Shown here: positions 25,088 to 35,600 of the stretch, piece by piece
Layout of the letters: each line of letters begins with the position of its first letter
How positions within the stretch are numbered: the first letter of the stretch is position 1
Source of the DNA: Amphiscolops sp. MND2022
Lineage: Eukaryota
DNA length: 64,000 nt
Direction: 5' to 3'
NCBI GenBank assembly: GCA_964187785.1
Contig: OZ076409.1
Coordinates: forward strand, 12,588,001 to 12,652,000
The notes under the pieces: generated by a model
What the model was told of the DNA's origin: nothing
The model's database searches: none
Seen by the model: the letters and a program-made list of their open reading frames with translations, nothing else
Translations under genes and position numbers: made by a program

Positions 25088-25899
25088 CCATTTCTTTCAG
25101 GTTGGCCAGGGTTGAGGTATCATTCAAATCAACTATGTTTAATTATATGAAACTAGTTGCCATACAAAAAAAAATCATTTTATTTTTACGCCATCATTTC
25201 AATTTTTTCCTATATGATCATTGCATGACTTGCATCTTTTCCATGAAAGGTTTTAGTAAAACTGTGTTTATTTCTGAGAAATTTTTCGGAAAGTAATATC
25301 CTTAGGCTGTTAAAGATAAAGGTGGAGCCGGAGTTCACTCCATCTTGGCCTCCAGTGCCAAAAACGGACACATTGATGTTTGCATAGGCAAACTACTAAG
25401 AGGATACAAAAGTATTCAACTTCTTTGAATGTTAGCAAAAACTCTTGTTATAGCTATCTATCTTTTCAGGGTTATTTGTGCTTCGAACGAGATCAATCAT
25501 GAAAAACTCAGCGTCAGATACCACAAAATGGTAATTGTGATGATATTCTTACGTTTTTGATAAAAATTGGTCCATTGTTAAGAAGCAGCCAACAAGCTCA
25601 TCAACCTGGTCGTTAATTGACTAGTTATGCTAATTTGCCATGTATGGAAACATTTAGTCCATGAAAGATCATACTATGGGAACCTTTCGTTCCATAGGAG
25701 GAACAAAGTATGGAAAACGGGTTTATCATAGAATGATCATAGTATGATCAATTCATGACTTGCATGGATTTCGAATTTTGTATGGGCTTTGTATGACTGA
25801 ACTGTTCTCATAAATCACAATAAATGACTTTTTCTGATTCGAATGTTCTTTGCATGGAGGCAACCCGGGGGGGGGGGGGGGCGGGGGTAACATCAAGAA

Positions 25900-26133
25900 C
25901 TAGAATGTGAAAAGTAACCTGTCTTTCAGATGCTCCAGAAGTGAAGTGATGCCCTCCCACTGAGTGAGAAGATTTCTGAACGTCTGATCTTTGAGGTTGG
26001 ACCCAAAGTAAATGGGAGCCAAGAAGCCAAATACTTCTGCGTCCACGCTGCTCGGTCTGTCTCCGAAGAAGTAACGACGGTCTTGATAAAAGCCATCCAC
26101 CAATTGGAAACACAGGAGAGCCTGTTTCCTCAG
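25900..26133 (-). CDS. MTX1/3-like: Metaxin-like gene, exon 6 (GST-C-like domain and stop)
   Basis: Acceptor ttccag; LRKQALLCF...RYFFGDRPSSVDAEVFGFLAPIY matches the metaxin FFFGDxPxxLDAxVFGFLAP motif. Confidence 0.88.
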   Translation of the reverse strand: MRKQALLCFQLVDGFYQDRRYFFGDRPSSVDAEVFGFLAPIYFGSNLKDQTFRNLLTQWEGITSLLEHLKDRLLFTF

Positions 26134-26598
26134 CTGGAACGAGGAGCATGATGCTTTATACTAGGTTCCGCAGCATTTCACGCAGCGTGACATCGTGTAA
26201 ACGCGTGAATTATTGCTCAATCAAATTTTAGCGTGTCGAGATGAAAGCGTGAAATAACTCTTAGTAACTCTTATCACCTAATTAGCATTGAAACAGCAAA
26301 GTTATTGCAGCGAGCTAAAAATTCCAACTAATGAGCGTCAAAATTTAAATTTTGAAACTAAGAAGGGATTGTATTTGTATGTCAATGCCAAACTTTTTCC
26401 TATTTTTGACAAGAACAAATGGGACCTGAGCTAGCATGACACGGAAGCTTGAAGTTTAATTGTCCTCCAGCGTGAAATTCTGCTGAGCCTATTTAAAAAA
26501 CCCACTTGTTATACAATAATGTAAAATTTGGGGAATTTGTAAAATCTGCTAATTTTAATTTTTGGAACTAATGAAACCTAACACACGATGATATTTAA

Positions 26599-27068
26599 CC
26601 CTAAATGGACCAATGGTACAATTTCGTACCAGTTAGTTTCTACAAACATCTAAACGCACCAGCTGACCGTATGGTAAATAAAACTCTTGAATAAGATTTT
26701 CAGACGATGTTACATAGCATTGCACGCCTTTTCACGGAATAACATGATGGTTAAGTAAACATGATGGTTAAGTAAACTTGACTCCGAAATCAAGTAAACA
26801 GGACCAAAAAATCCAAAAAATGGAGCGCAGATTTTCTGTTTTTCCAGCTAAGCCACACGCCAGTGGAGGGGTTTGAGCGCAAGGGCCCGCGCTAGCGGGT
26901 CCCCAACCCAGCAGTTCAAAAATCGATTTGAAAGCCCTGATTATCATTTTTCGAAGGCGCTGTAACTAGTGTGTCGGACTTGAATAGTTTAGGAGTTATT
27001 GCTGTTTGAAGTTCAAGCACCGGATTTTTGGATAAATCGGATGCGAAAATTCGCTGGTCCATTTAGGG
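26599..27068. mobile_element. piggyBac-like MITE
   Basis: 14-bp TIR CCCTAAATGGACCA...TGGTCCATTTAGGG flanked by TTAA and TTAG. Confidence 0.75.
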
Positions 27069-27135
27069 TTAGTGACTATCACGAAAACAGCTGAACAAGT
27101 TACGTAAAACTACAGTCACCATCTTACGATAGGTC

Positions 27136-27982
27136 GGGAGGCGGAAATTTTGTCGCCAGAAATTTCGTCGTCAGAAATTTCGTCGTATTGATTAGTATTA
27201 ACAGCGTAACGAAAAGACATCATTTGAATTATTCAATTATTCAAATATTAAAATGAGATGTTAAGAATAAGAACCAAAATTGAGTCAAAAAGTTAATTGC
27301 ATTCAATCAACTCATCAAGACGCTTATTGAGCAATGGTATATTTTCAGTTCTACCGGTGGAACAAGTTGCCTCTCCAGAGTCGAATTATTTAGAATCGAA
27401 AATTGCAAGTGAAATTCGCAGGGTCGAATTATTTAGGATCGAATTTTATAGGGCACTATAGCAATTGTTTAATATGAATGAAAATTTCACTTCTTTCGAT
27501 CCTAGCTAAAATCAAGTCAAAATTCGATCCTATAAATTTTTGCACTTTTTTCGATCCTGCATAATTCGACTCTGTGCAGCAATCCCGGTGGAACTACTTA
27601 CCGGAGCTTTACAATACAAATTAGGCTTTTTTCAGGGGTGTATTTTTGCTTTTTTATCAGAAAATTGTTTCAAAGTCTTGGTAATTTTTGCTTTAAGTGT
27701 CGAAACAACTTCGTGTTGGGGAGATAAGAAACAAGATGTATCTGGGGGGACCCGAAACTATTTTTTCAAAACCATAACTAAAAGTAGTCAATGATAGCAA
27801 TAATTGCACAATTATCGATAATTTCTGACGACGAAATTTCTGACGACGAAATTTCTGACGACGAAATTTCTGACGACGAAATTTCTGACGACGAAATTTC
27901 TGACGACGAAATTTCCGAGGACGAATTTTCTTGCGATGAAATTTCTGACGACGAAATTTCCGACGACGAAATTTCTGGTAAT
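27136..27982. mobile_element. Mutator-like foldback MITE with 15-bp tandem repeats and a nested MITE
   Basis: Perfect 9-bp TSD CGATAGGTC at 27127-27135 and 27983-27991; GAAATTTCTGACGAC repeated about 10 times on the right and about 3 times inverted on the left; nested CAGAGTCGAATTAT...ATAATTCGACTCTG at 27376-27574. Confidence 0.88.
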
Positions 27983-28378
27983 CGATAGGTCAGTTTCAAT
28001 TTTTTTTCCGACAAAACACGATCTACTCTCGACCTGATACTGTAAGATTCAATATTTTTTCAACCATTTCCGAAGACCTAAATTTATAGAATAATTGGGC
28101 TGTGAAAATATAGAGTAGCTTCCGTTAGGAAATCAACAAACTGATGATGACTTGAAACGTTTTCCAGAACTATTTGCTAGAAATTCCGAAATAGAACTTT
28201 TTACATAACAAAAGAGTGAAAAACTTGATGGCAGAGGGTTGTTTTTTGCAAATAAGCTATGCTCGGACCGTAAGCTGACAAGCATTAAAGGTTGTCATCA
28301 TGTAGTTTTTTTTCTTTATAGAAAATAGACTTTTTATATCATCCATTTCCCTCTAACTTGGAATGTAAAAAAACTCAC

Positions 28379-28432
28379 CCTTTCAAAAGTGCCCTCGGTT
28401 GAATCCAAATCAAGTGCAGCCAAAATTTTAGC
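28379..28432 (-). CDS. MTX1/3-like: Metaxin-like gene, exon 5 (AKILAALDLDSTEGTFER)
   Basis: Strong acceptor ttttctctttcag and donor gtgagt; 54 nt, phase 0-0; fills the expected linker between exons 4 and 6. Confidence 0.8.
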
Positions 28433-29182
28433 CTGAAAGAGAAAATTTTGAGAATTATTTGTTCAATTCCGGCTTAAGCCTTCAATTGACGTAATATGCT
28501 CAAATTTCTAATCGTCACTTGAGCAGGTTTAAAAGTGCCTTTTCATATCAAATTGATGTTTTTCGGGTAGCTTTTTTTTCAAACTTTTGAAAGTCCTAGC
28601 CTCATGGCATTAGTTTTACAATCTTTTTCACTACAACTCAAATTGTGGGTGATTTTATATAGTAAGGCTTTCAGGGCTTTGTGAATAAATTAGAAGCTAA
28701 TTCGCGAGAGATGATTTCATTTCAATTATGTAAACAATATTTTGATACCATTTACCTATTGAAATTGTCAAATTATACTTTTACCGTTCTTATTGTTGGC
28801 AAAATTATGTGCGAAAAATCCAGAAATGTTTGAACTACCGTTCGTCAACTTAGGAAAAACTCCCAAATGAATTAACGTTTCTGAAAAAAAAAGTTTTAAG
28901 GAATTTCTGCATAGTGAAAAGAAATACTCCTGAAAAACGAATAAAAATGGTGATTCACAAATGAATCCTTCTTTGGTTACCATGGCGTCGTCTACTCGCA
29001 AAATTAAGAGTACCAAATTTTCTACCGCGATTTATCAGAAACAAACCAGGTGCATATCCAGGCAAAATTAGAAAGAAATGATTTTTTTCATCTCTTGGAC
29101 TTTTTTTTAGAATTTTTTAAGAAAGAAATGATTTTTTTCATCTCTTGGACTCGGAATTTTACAAGTTGGTATATTGCCGTAC

Positions 29183-29456
29183 TCTGGATTTATCGGAAGC
29201 TCTATTCCAGAAGTTGGCACCATTTTGGGCACACCATTGCTTTGTGTTGTTGGAGAAGTTGTCCTCGCAGGCCCAGATGTTGAATGCCAGCACTGGTTCC
29301 AGATTGGCGCGCAGCCAGTCTTTGTACTCCTCGGCCACCTTCAACTGGCTCTTGGTCAGATGCATGTCCACTGGCTCGTCCAGCTTGCACAGGATGGCTT
29401 CTTCCCAGCTGCTGTAGGGGGTATGGTCCATCTGTACCATGTTGATGTCGTGATGG
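29183..29456 (-). CDS. MTX1/3-like: Metaxin-like gene, exon 4
   Basis: Acceptor cattccag, donor gtacgg; DMHLTKSQ...LEPVLAFNIWACEDNF...TKQW aligns by eye with metaxin DYDLSARQ...LLPVLVHTFWIDTKNY...TRKW. Confidence 0.85.
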
Positions 29457-29624
29457 CTGGAATGACACCAATTATAATAAAATACCGAAAATAGCGAAAC
29501 TTCAACTTCAAGCCGAGACTTTTCCGAACTTTTTTTTTCAACTAAAATGTAGCACAGAGACTTGAAATTTTCTACGGAAAAACCAAACCGCTATCGAAAA
29601 TAGATTCGGACAAATTCGGTATAA

Positions 29625-30895
29625 AAACAAGTCGGGAACAGCCCAAGTCGGCGCCATATCTGAGGCTCAAAAATACCAAAAGGACTTCAAAGTGTCAAGT
29701 ATTCTCTTCTACAGTACCCGCATGAGGGAAAAAATTGAAAGAAAAAATCCAAAATTTTTTCAAGAAATGTTTTTTCAAATTTTTTTGGTCTCCGGTAAGT
29801 CGCATAGTGCCGAAAAAGGTAAAAGGGGGCCCTTTGTGAGTTTTTGAACATCCATTCTTTTGCAAAATAGAAAAAATTAAAGAGGGGACCCTTTGGAGAC
29901 ATGCGAAAAAAAGTCTAACAAAGCCTAAATAACCTGCACAGAAATTTTTTGGTCAAGGGCGGGACTCGAACCCACGTCCTTCTGCCTGGCAGACCTCAAA
30001 AAAGCCTAATTAACCTCTATGCAAGGTTGCGTTTTAAACATGTTTTTTTCGTTTTATACAGTTTTTTTTTGTTTTTTTTCGAAAAATGCATGTTTTTTTG
30101 TTTTTTATTGTTTTTTTCAAAGAAAAGCAAAATATCTGCAGACTCGTCTAATTAAAACATACAACAGCCAAATTTTTTTATTTCAGTGAATATAAAATTC
30201 ACAATTTGCATCAACAAATGTTTCAGTTGCTTCGGATATGGTTGTTTTTTCTCCTTGCAGCAAATTCAATGCTTCAGTTATGGGGTTTAACACATCAAGC
30301 AAATCAACCGCACTGCGTTTTAACTGAATTTCTTCTACATACCGATAAATTTTATCGTTTTTCGGCAGAAGTTCAGTGACAATTGCTACAATGTTAACCC
30401 AGTTTTCAACGAAATATTTGATTGTAGCTTGTTGTGAGCTCCATCGGGTTTCGGCTGGTATTGGACCGACAATTGTATTTTTACATTACTTGCATTCTGC
30501 GCGCGTACTGCCATTCGGTAATATGACTTCATTAAACTTTCGCCAAATCTCGTCCTTTTGTCGGGGCATTTCAATCAAATCTGAAAGAAAGAAAAACGCT
30601 TGTTCAGTAATCACTAAAACTATTACTAATAACAGAAGACATTAGGTTTGTGTCGTAATATGGTAGTGGAAAAAAAAACAAAATAAAAAACATTGTTTTT
30701 TTCAATGCTGTTTAAAACATGTTTTTTATCCCTTGTTTAAAACACCTGTTTAAAACAATGCCAACCTTGCCTCTATGTCAAGTGCCAGTAGAAGTAGTGT
30801 GGGAGTTAGTGTTAGTGCAAGTCAGCTTATAAAGCTTATAAAATCTGTCACTTGGTTGGTCCTAAAAAAGTCATTGCTATAGTCTGCGTTTTCTA
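29625..30895 (-). mobile_element. HINE-like element interrupted by a hAT insertion
   Basis: AAACAAG...AGTCGGCGC family end and GGGACCCTTT internal motifs shared with other copies. Confidence 0.55.
30022..30769 (-). mobile_element. Non-autonomous hAT element with BED zinc-finger remnant
   Basis: TIR CAAGGTTG...CAACCTTG; perfect 8-bp TSD CCTCTATG at 30014-30021 and 30770-30777; minus-strand MPRQKDEIWRKF...RAECK*CK at ~30470-30570. Confidence 0.9.
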
Positions 30896-30930
30896 AAAAT
30901 AGGCCACATGTCACGAATTCCTCGAAGATA

Positions 30931-31329
30931 AAACAAGACGAGAACGTTTCATGTCGGCGCTATGCCCGAAGCTGAAATAGGGCAGAGTTTTTAAAATATG
31001 CTCAGGACGTTTATTTATGAAAAACACACAAAAAAGTTCGGAACACCCAAAGGGTGCCTTTGGTGCTCGGAAAAGACTTCAGAAGTTCGCCTCCTCCTTA
31101 GTAAAACGCAATACACTTCGGATATTACGTCAAAAATTCGGATAGTATCTTTGGGATTTTTTAACATCCATTCTGTTGCAAAATTGATGCGTTTACCAAG
31201 TATTCGTTTGGTTGAACAAATTGAACAAAAATTTGTCGCATTCGAGTCTGTTTTAGAGTAAAACAAAAATCAAAAAACCAGTGATGTAAAAGTAGGGCTC
31301 TTTTATTATATAGAAGAGCCGACTAAAAA
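30931..31329 (-). mobile_element. HINE-like element
   Basis: AAACAAG...GTCGGCGC at one end and GCCGACTAAAAA at the other. Confidence 0.6.
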
Positions 31330-32667
31330 CCAAAGCGAAACAATGAGGCATCTCACTCTTTATCTCGAGCCTTAAAAAGCAAGAAAAAACCGACCGAAAA
31401 ACACACACACCTCTCTCCTCGCCTCTCACAGCAGAAGGCTTGAATTTGAAGTGTAAAGAAGAGAAAAGATGATGAATTCAAAATAATTGCTCAGGAAGAT
31501 GAGAAATCACGGAAAACAACACAAAAATGAAAAGATTGTCTTTTTGTATAAATTCAAAATCCTTGTTGGTCTTATCACCAAATGGCAAAAAAGTAATTTT
31601 TTTGACTTCAGCAGCAATATTTACATCTCGACTTTCAATGATCCAAGAAAGTGATTGAAACTGCCCGTAATTATTGTTTCTCGCGAAGTCAGTCAATATA
31701 CTGTAATAGTATATTTCTTTTCTTCAACCCGAATTACAAAACTTTCAATGCTATAGACAAGGTATATAACTTGACTACAGTCAACTGATTCAGCAAAATT
31801 GTGATCTATAGATCAAAATTAGGACGAATTACTTGACTAATTTGTCTACAAAAAAACGTTTTTCAATATTTCGTGTGCGCCCATCGGGTACTATCTTATC
31901 AGTTCCAGTATGTTACATTCGGGTTCATTCCGGTTCATGACTTTACCGAGATTCGGTTCTAGAACTACAAACTTTTAGTTATATGTCTATAGTACCTGCT
32001 AGTGTTGATAAATACATATTGCATCAATACTAAATTAGATATTTCATTTACAACACTTTGATATCTATAGCCTAGACCTATACCAAAGAGATTTTCGTTT
32101 AGTAACCTTTCTTTTCTTAACTACTGAGTTTGTTAGAGTAGAACATTCCGTATTTGAATTTAACTCAGCGAATTTGTATACTTCTCATCTTTTCATTCCA
32201 GAATGATGATCCAACTTGAAACAACCAACGCTCAGAACCATTTAGCTTATTAGGCCTTTTAAAAGAGCAATCTTTAGATGTGAAGAGCTTTATAACATGT
32301 CGTTTTCAAGCAAAACAAGCCGCGAACGGCCCAAGTCGGTGCTCGCTCAAGGTTGAAAAAACATAGTTTTTTAAAGATGCAAGGGAGCCCAAACTCGTTT
32401 TTGGAAAACACATAGAGCACTTAACGAAAAAACTGAATATATATTTTTGCAATAGCAATAGGAGATCCGTGACGGTATAGTGCGAAAAGGTCTTATCTCT
32501 TTATAATATGTTTATGCTTAATCACCAACTACGTATGGTCTCACCAATTATGGATCGACTTTCAAAACGACCTTTGAGCCTATCAATAAATAAAGCACAA
32601 AGAAGAATTTTCGAAGAATTTTCCTAGCCAATTTCCACCGACGAAAATGGAACAAACTACAAGACGT

Positions 32668-35600
32668 TAAAGTAAGTCAGGAAAAGTTCAAAGAATGTAT
32701 TAAAACTGGAATGGTTCAAAGTAACAAAGCTGTATCAAACGACTGTACTTCATCTTCAACTTGTATCTATGTGTAACTACATGACTTCAGAACATAAGAT
32801 CATTGGCAGGTAGTTTTGTGTCATGTTATTCGCCAAGGTTTATCATTGACACTTGTTGGATTGACACATTTTTGATGCTTGTGTCACATTCCCTCCTCCA
32901 TGACGTTCAGGGAAACCAGTCGTGCTGAGGGGGGTTGTTCTTGATTCGTGGAAACGGAGTAATTGGATATCTCCTTGGAATGGTGAATGTATACTCAGTT
33001 CCTAAATGGATCACTGTTAAAAATACTCAACACCACCTAGTTTGACTGTTCTTTTTGCATTTTTTATTCTTTCAGATCTACGTGGCTCTATGGTTAGATC
33101 TAGTGGGTTATTTTCCCCGTTATCATTTTGTTTTAGCCGTACTTTACCTGTGGCGTTCTGATGTACTGTTTCTATGCCGGAAGTGCCTTGATTCCGGATT
33201 GGTGTTCCGGATGTGTCCGGTTGTGCTGTGTCTTCGGGCGGGACCAGTTCCGTGCTACATCCGATTGGGGAGGACGGCATCGGTGTCTCCGACCGTAGGC
33301 GTTCGACTTCCCGGCCGATCATGTCCCTGAGTGTGATGTCTTCGGTGGCTTCTCCTTCTGAGGTGGTCATATCGGCTTGATCGTTTGTCGGTTCCGAGTC
33401 GTTGCTAGAGGAGTCGTGCAGTATCACGCGGCTGTATGTTCGTTTCTTTGACGGCATGGTCGGAATTGCGGTGTAACTGGTACCGGGTTCGTTGTTGTTA
33501 TTGTCTTGTCTGGCCACCTCAAGGCGTAGATGCGTTTCACACAGATCGCCACTGCTGAATTTCCCGCATCTGCGGCATCTGTTGGTTGGCCGTCTTTGTT
33601 CTTCGGGTTTTCTTGGTGTCTGAAATTTTAGGGGTTTTGACGCCAGTTTTTTGTGTATTATCTTCCCTTCAGAGGTAGTTACCGTGTGTTTTGTTTCTGC
33701 TACTTCTGTTGAAATCTTATTTGTTTTAAAACCACATTTCATGGAATTCGGTTTGTTTTCTTTCTCATCAAATTGGTAGTTTTTAAAATCCCGGCTTACC
33801 GAGCGTCCTTTCTTCTTTGGTTCGTTTAACACCAAGTAGTCGGCTAGTTCTCCTCCTGCATCATTGATAGTGACGACCTGTAGTTCTGTTGGTTGGGCTA
33901 AAACGTAATTGGTTAGCGTTTTCTTCCAATTAGCAAGTAGACATTCCGGCTTGTCTATTAAATTAATCAGAGCGGTGCGCGGTTTTCTACCTAGATGCAT
34001 TTGAAAGGGTGTCATTTTTAGTTTGCTGTGCGGCGTTTGTCTGATTGTTCTTATTGCTAGTTGGACACTGTCTTCGAAAGTTAGGCCGTCTGCCATGTTT
34101 GCTCGAGTGAGCGATTTAATTGACCGGATAGCTCGTTCAACCAGACCGGTGCCGGTGTGTAAATTTGGAGTGCACCGTATACGTTTAATATTTTGGTCTT
34201 TACAGAACTGTTTGAATTCGATGCTTTTAAAGCAGCTTCCGTTGTCGGTTCGAATAACCCTTGGTATCCCGTTGTCCGTAAAATATTTAGATAAAAATTT
34301 CTTGACGGTCCGTGTATCCGCGCTTTTGCAAATATGTGCGGTCGGCCATTTGCTAAAACGGTCAATTGCTACTAAAATATATACATCGCCGCGTGTTTTT
34401 GATTTGATTGGACCGGCGAAATCCAATTGGATTTCTTGATTTGGTTCCGTTAAAATGTCTAAATTATTTTTTTCCGTGGACGGAATTTGAGTAGTAAGAT
34501 TCTTACCTGCGGCTCTACAGCTTGGGCATGATTCGGCTTTTTCGTGGATTTCGCGGTTCATTCCCGGCCACCAGAAGGCCTCGGCTAGCTTTTCCATTTT
34601 TCCAGCCGATGTATGTCCGTGGTGTAACATGGCTATCACCGTTGTCCGCATGTTTTCCGGAATCACTATCCTGTCGTTGTAGAACAGTAGGCCAAATCTC
34701 GTGGATAGATGTGACCGGTGTGGACGATAGGGATAAAAAATGCTATCCGGTTGTTGGTTTTCGATGGCCGCGATTGCATTGAGTATCTTTATGTCTCGTG
34801 CTGTTTCGTCAACCAGCAGTGGGATGTCCAGTGCGAAATCTTTTTCTACTCTTTTGATGGTTTCTTCTGTGCCTTGATTTTGGTCGTTGCTGAGTGTATT
34901 CTTTATTGCTGTCTGTTTGAGTCGGATTAAGTTTACGGTTTCGTGCTTCTTAAATTTCTTTAGAGCACTTGTGGGGCACTTGTCCCGTTTGATGTGACTA
35001 GTCTCGCTTTCTCCGTCCGATTGGTTGTTGTGCAGCCAAGATTCGTTGTTGTTTTGTTGATATTCTAGCAGGGGTGTCGTCTCGAGCGTTTCGCAGTATC
35101 TGAAGAAGCGGTTATAAATTTTGATGTTGATTTCTGCGATTCTTTTTCTGCTTGCCTGATTTGGTCGATACTCCTGTATCCGTTCACTTTCTTTGCCTTT
35201 CCCGACAATTCGTGTCCGATCCGGCTTCAGAAAGTGATTTCTCTCGATCCACAGGCGTTTGGTTTCTGGGGAATGGCCCCTTTTCTTGAAGATGAAATTC
35301 ATATCTATGCCATTGACTTTGTCCATTTTTGAATTTGATGATTCGCGATCGATAATGTTAATTGGCAGCGGTGAGGTTTTAAACAAATGAGTGTTTGAAT
35401 TCTGTTCGCATGAAATTTTGTCGTGCTGTGATTGGTCGGAATTTTCTCTCGCGTTCAGTTGTTCGGTGAATCGCTTTATGCTTCCTCGCTCTCGATTGAA
35501 TTCAAATAGGCCGTATATTTGGTTAATGACGAACTCTTCGTCGGCTTCCGCTTCGTTTTGTCCGTCCGCTTTGTTTTCTAATTCGGCAATTTCGGTCGGT

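Noticed and set aside
27778..28014. ORFs with EISSS or ISDDE repeats
   Set aside because: Translation artefacts of the 15-bp MITE repeat.
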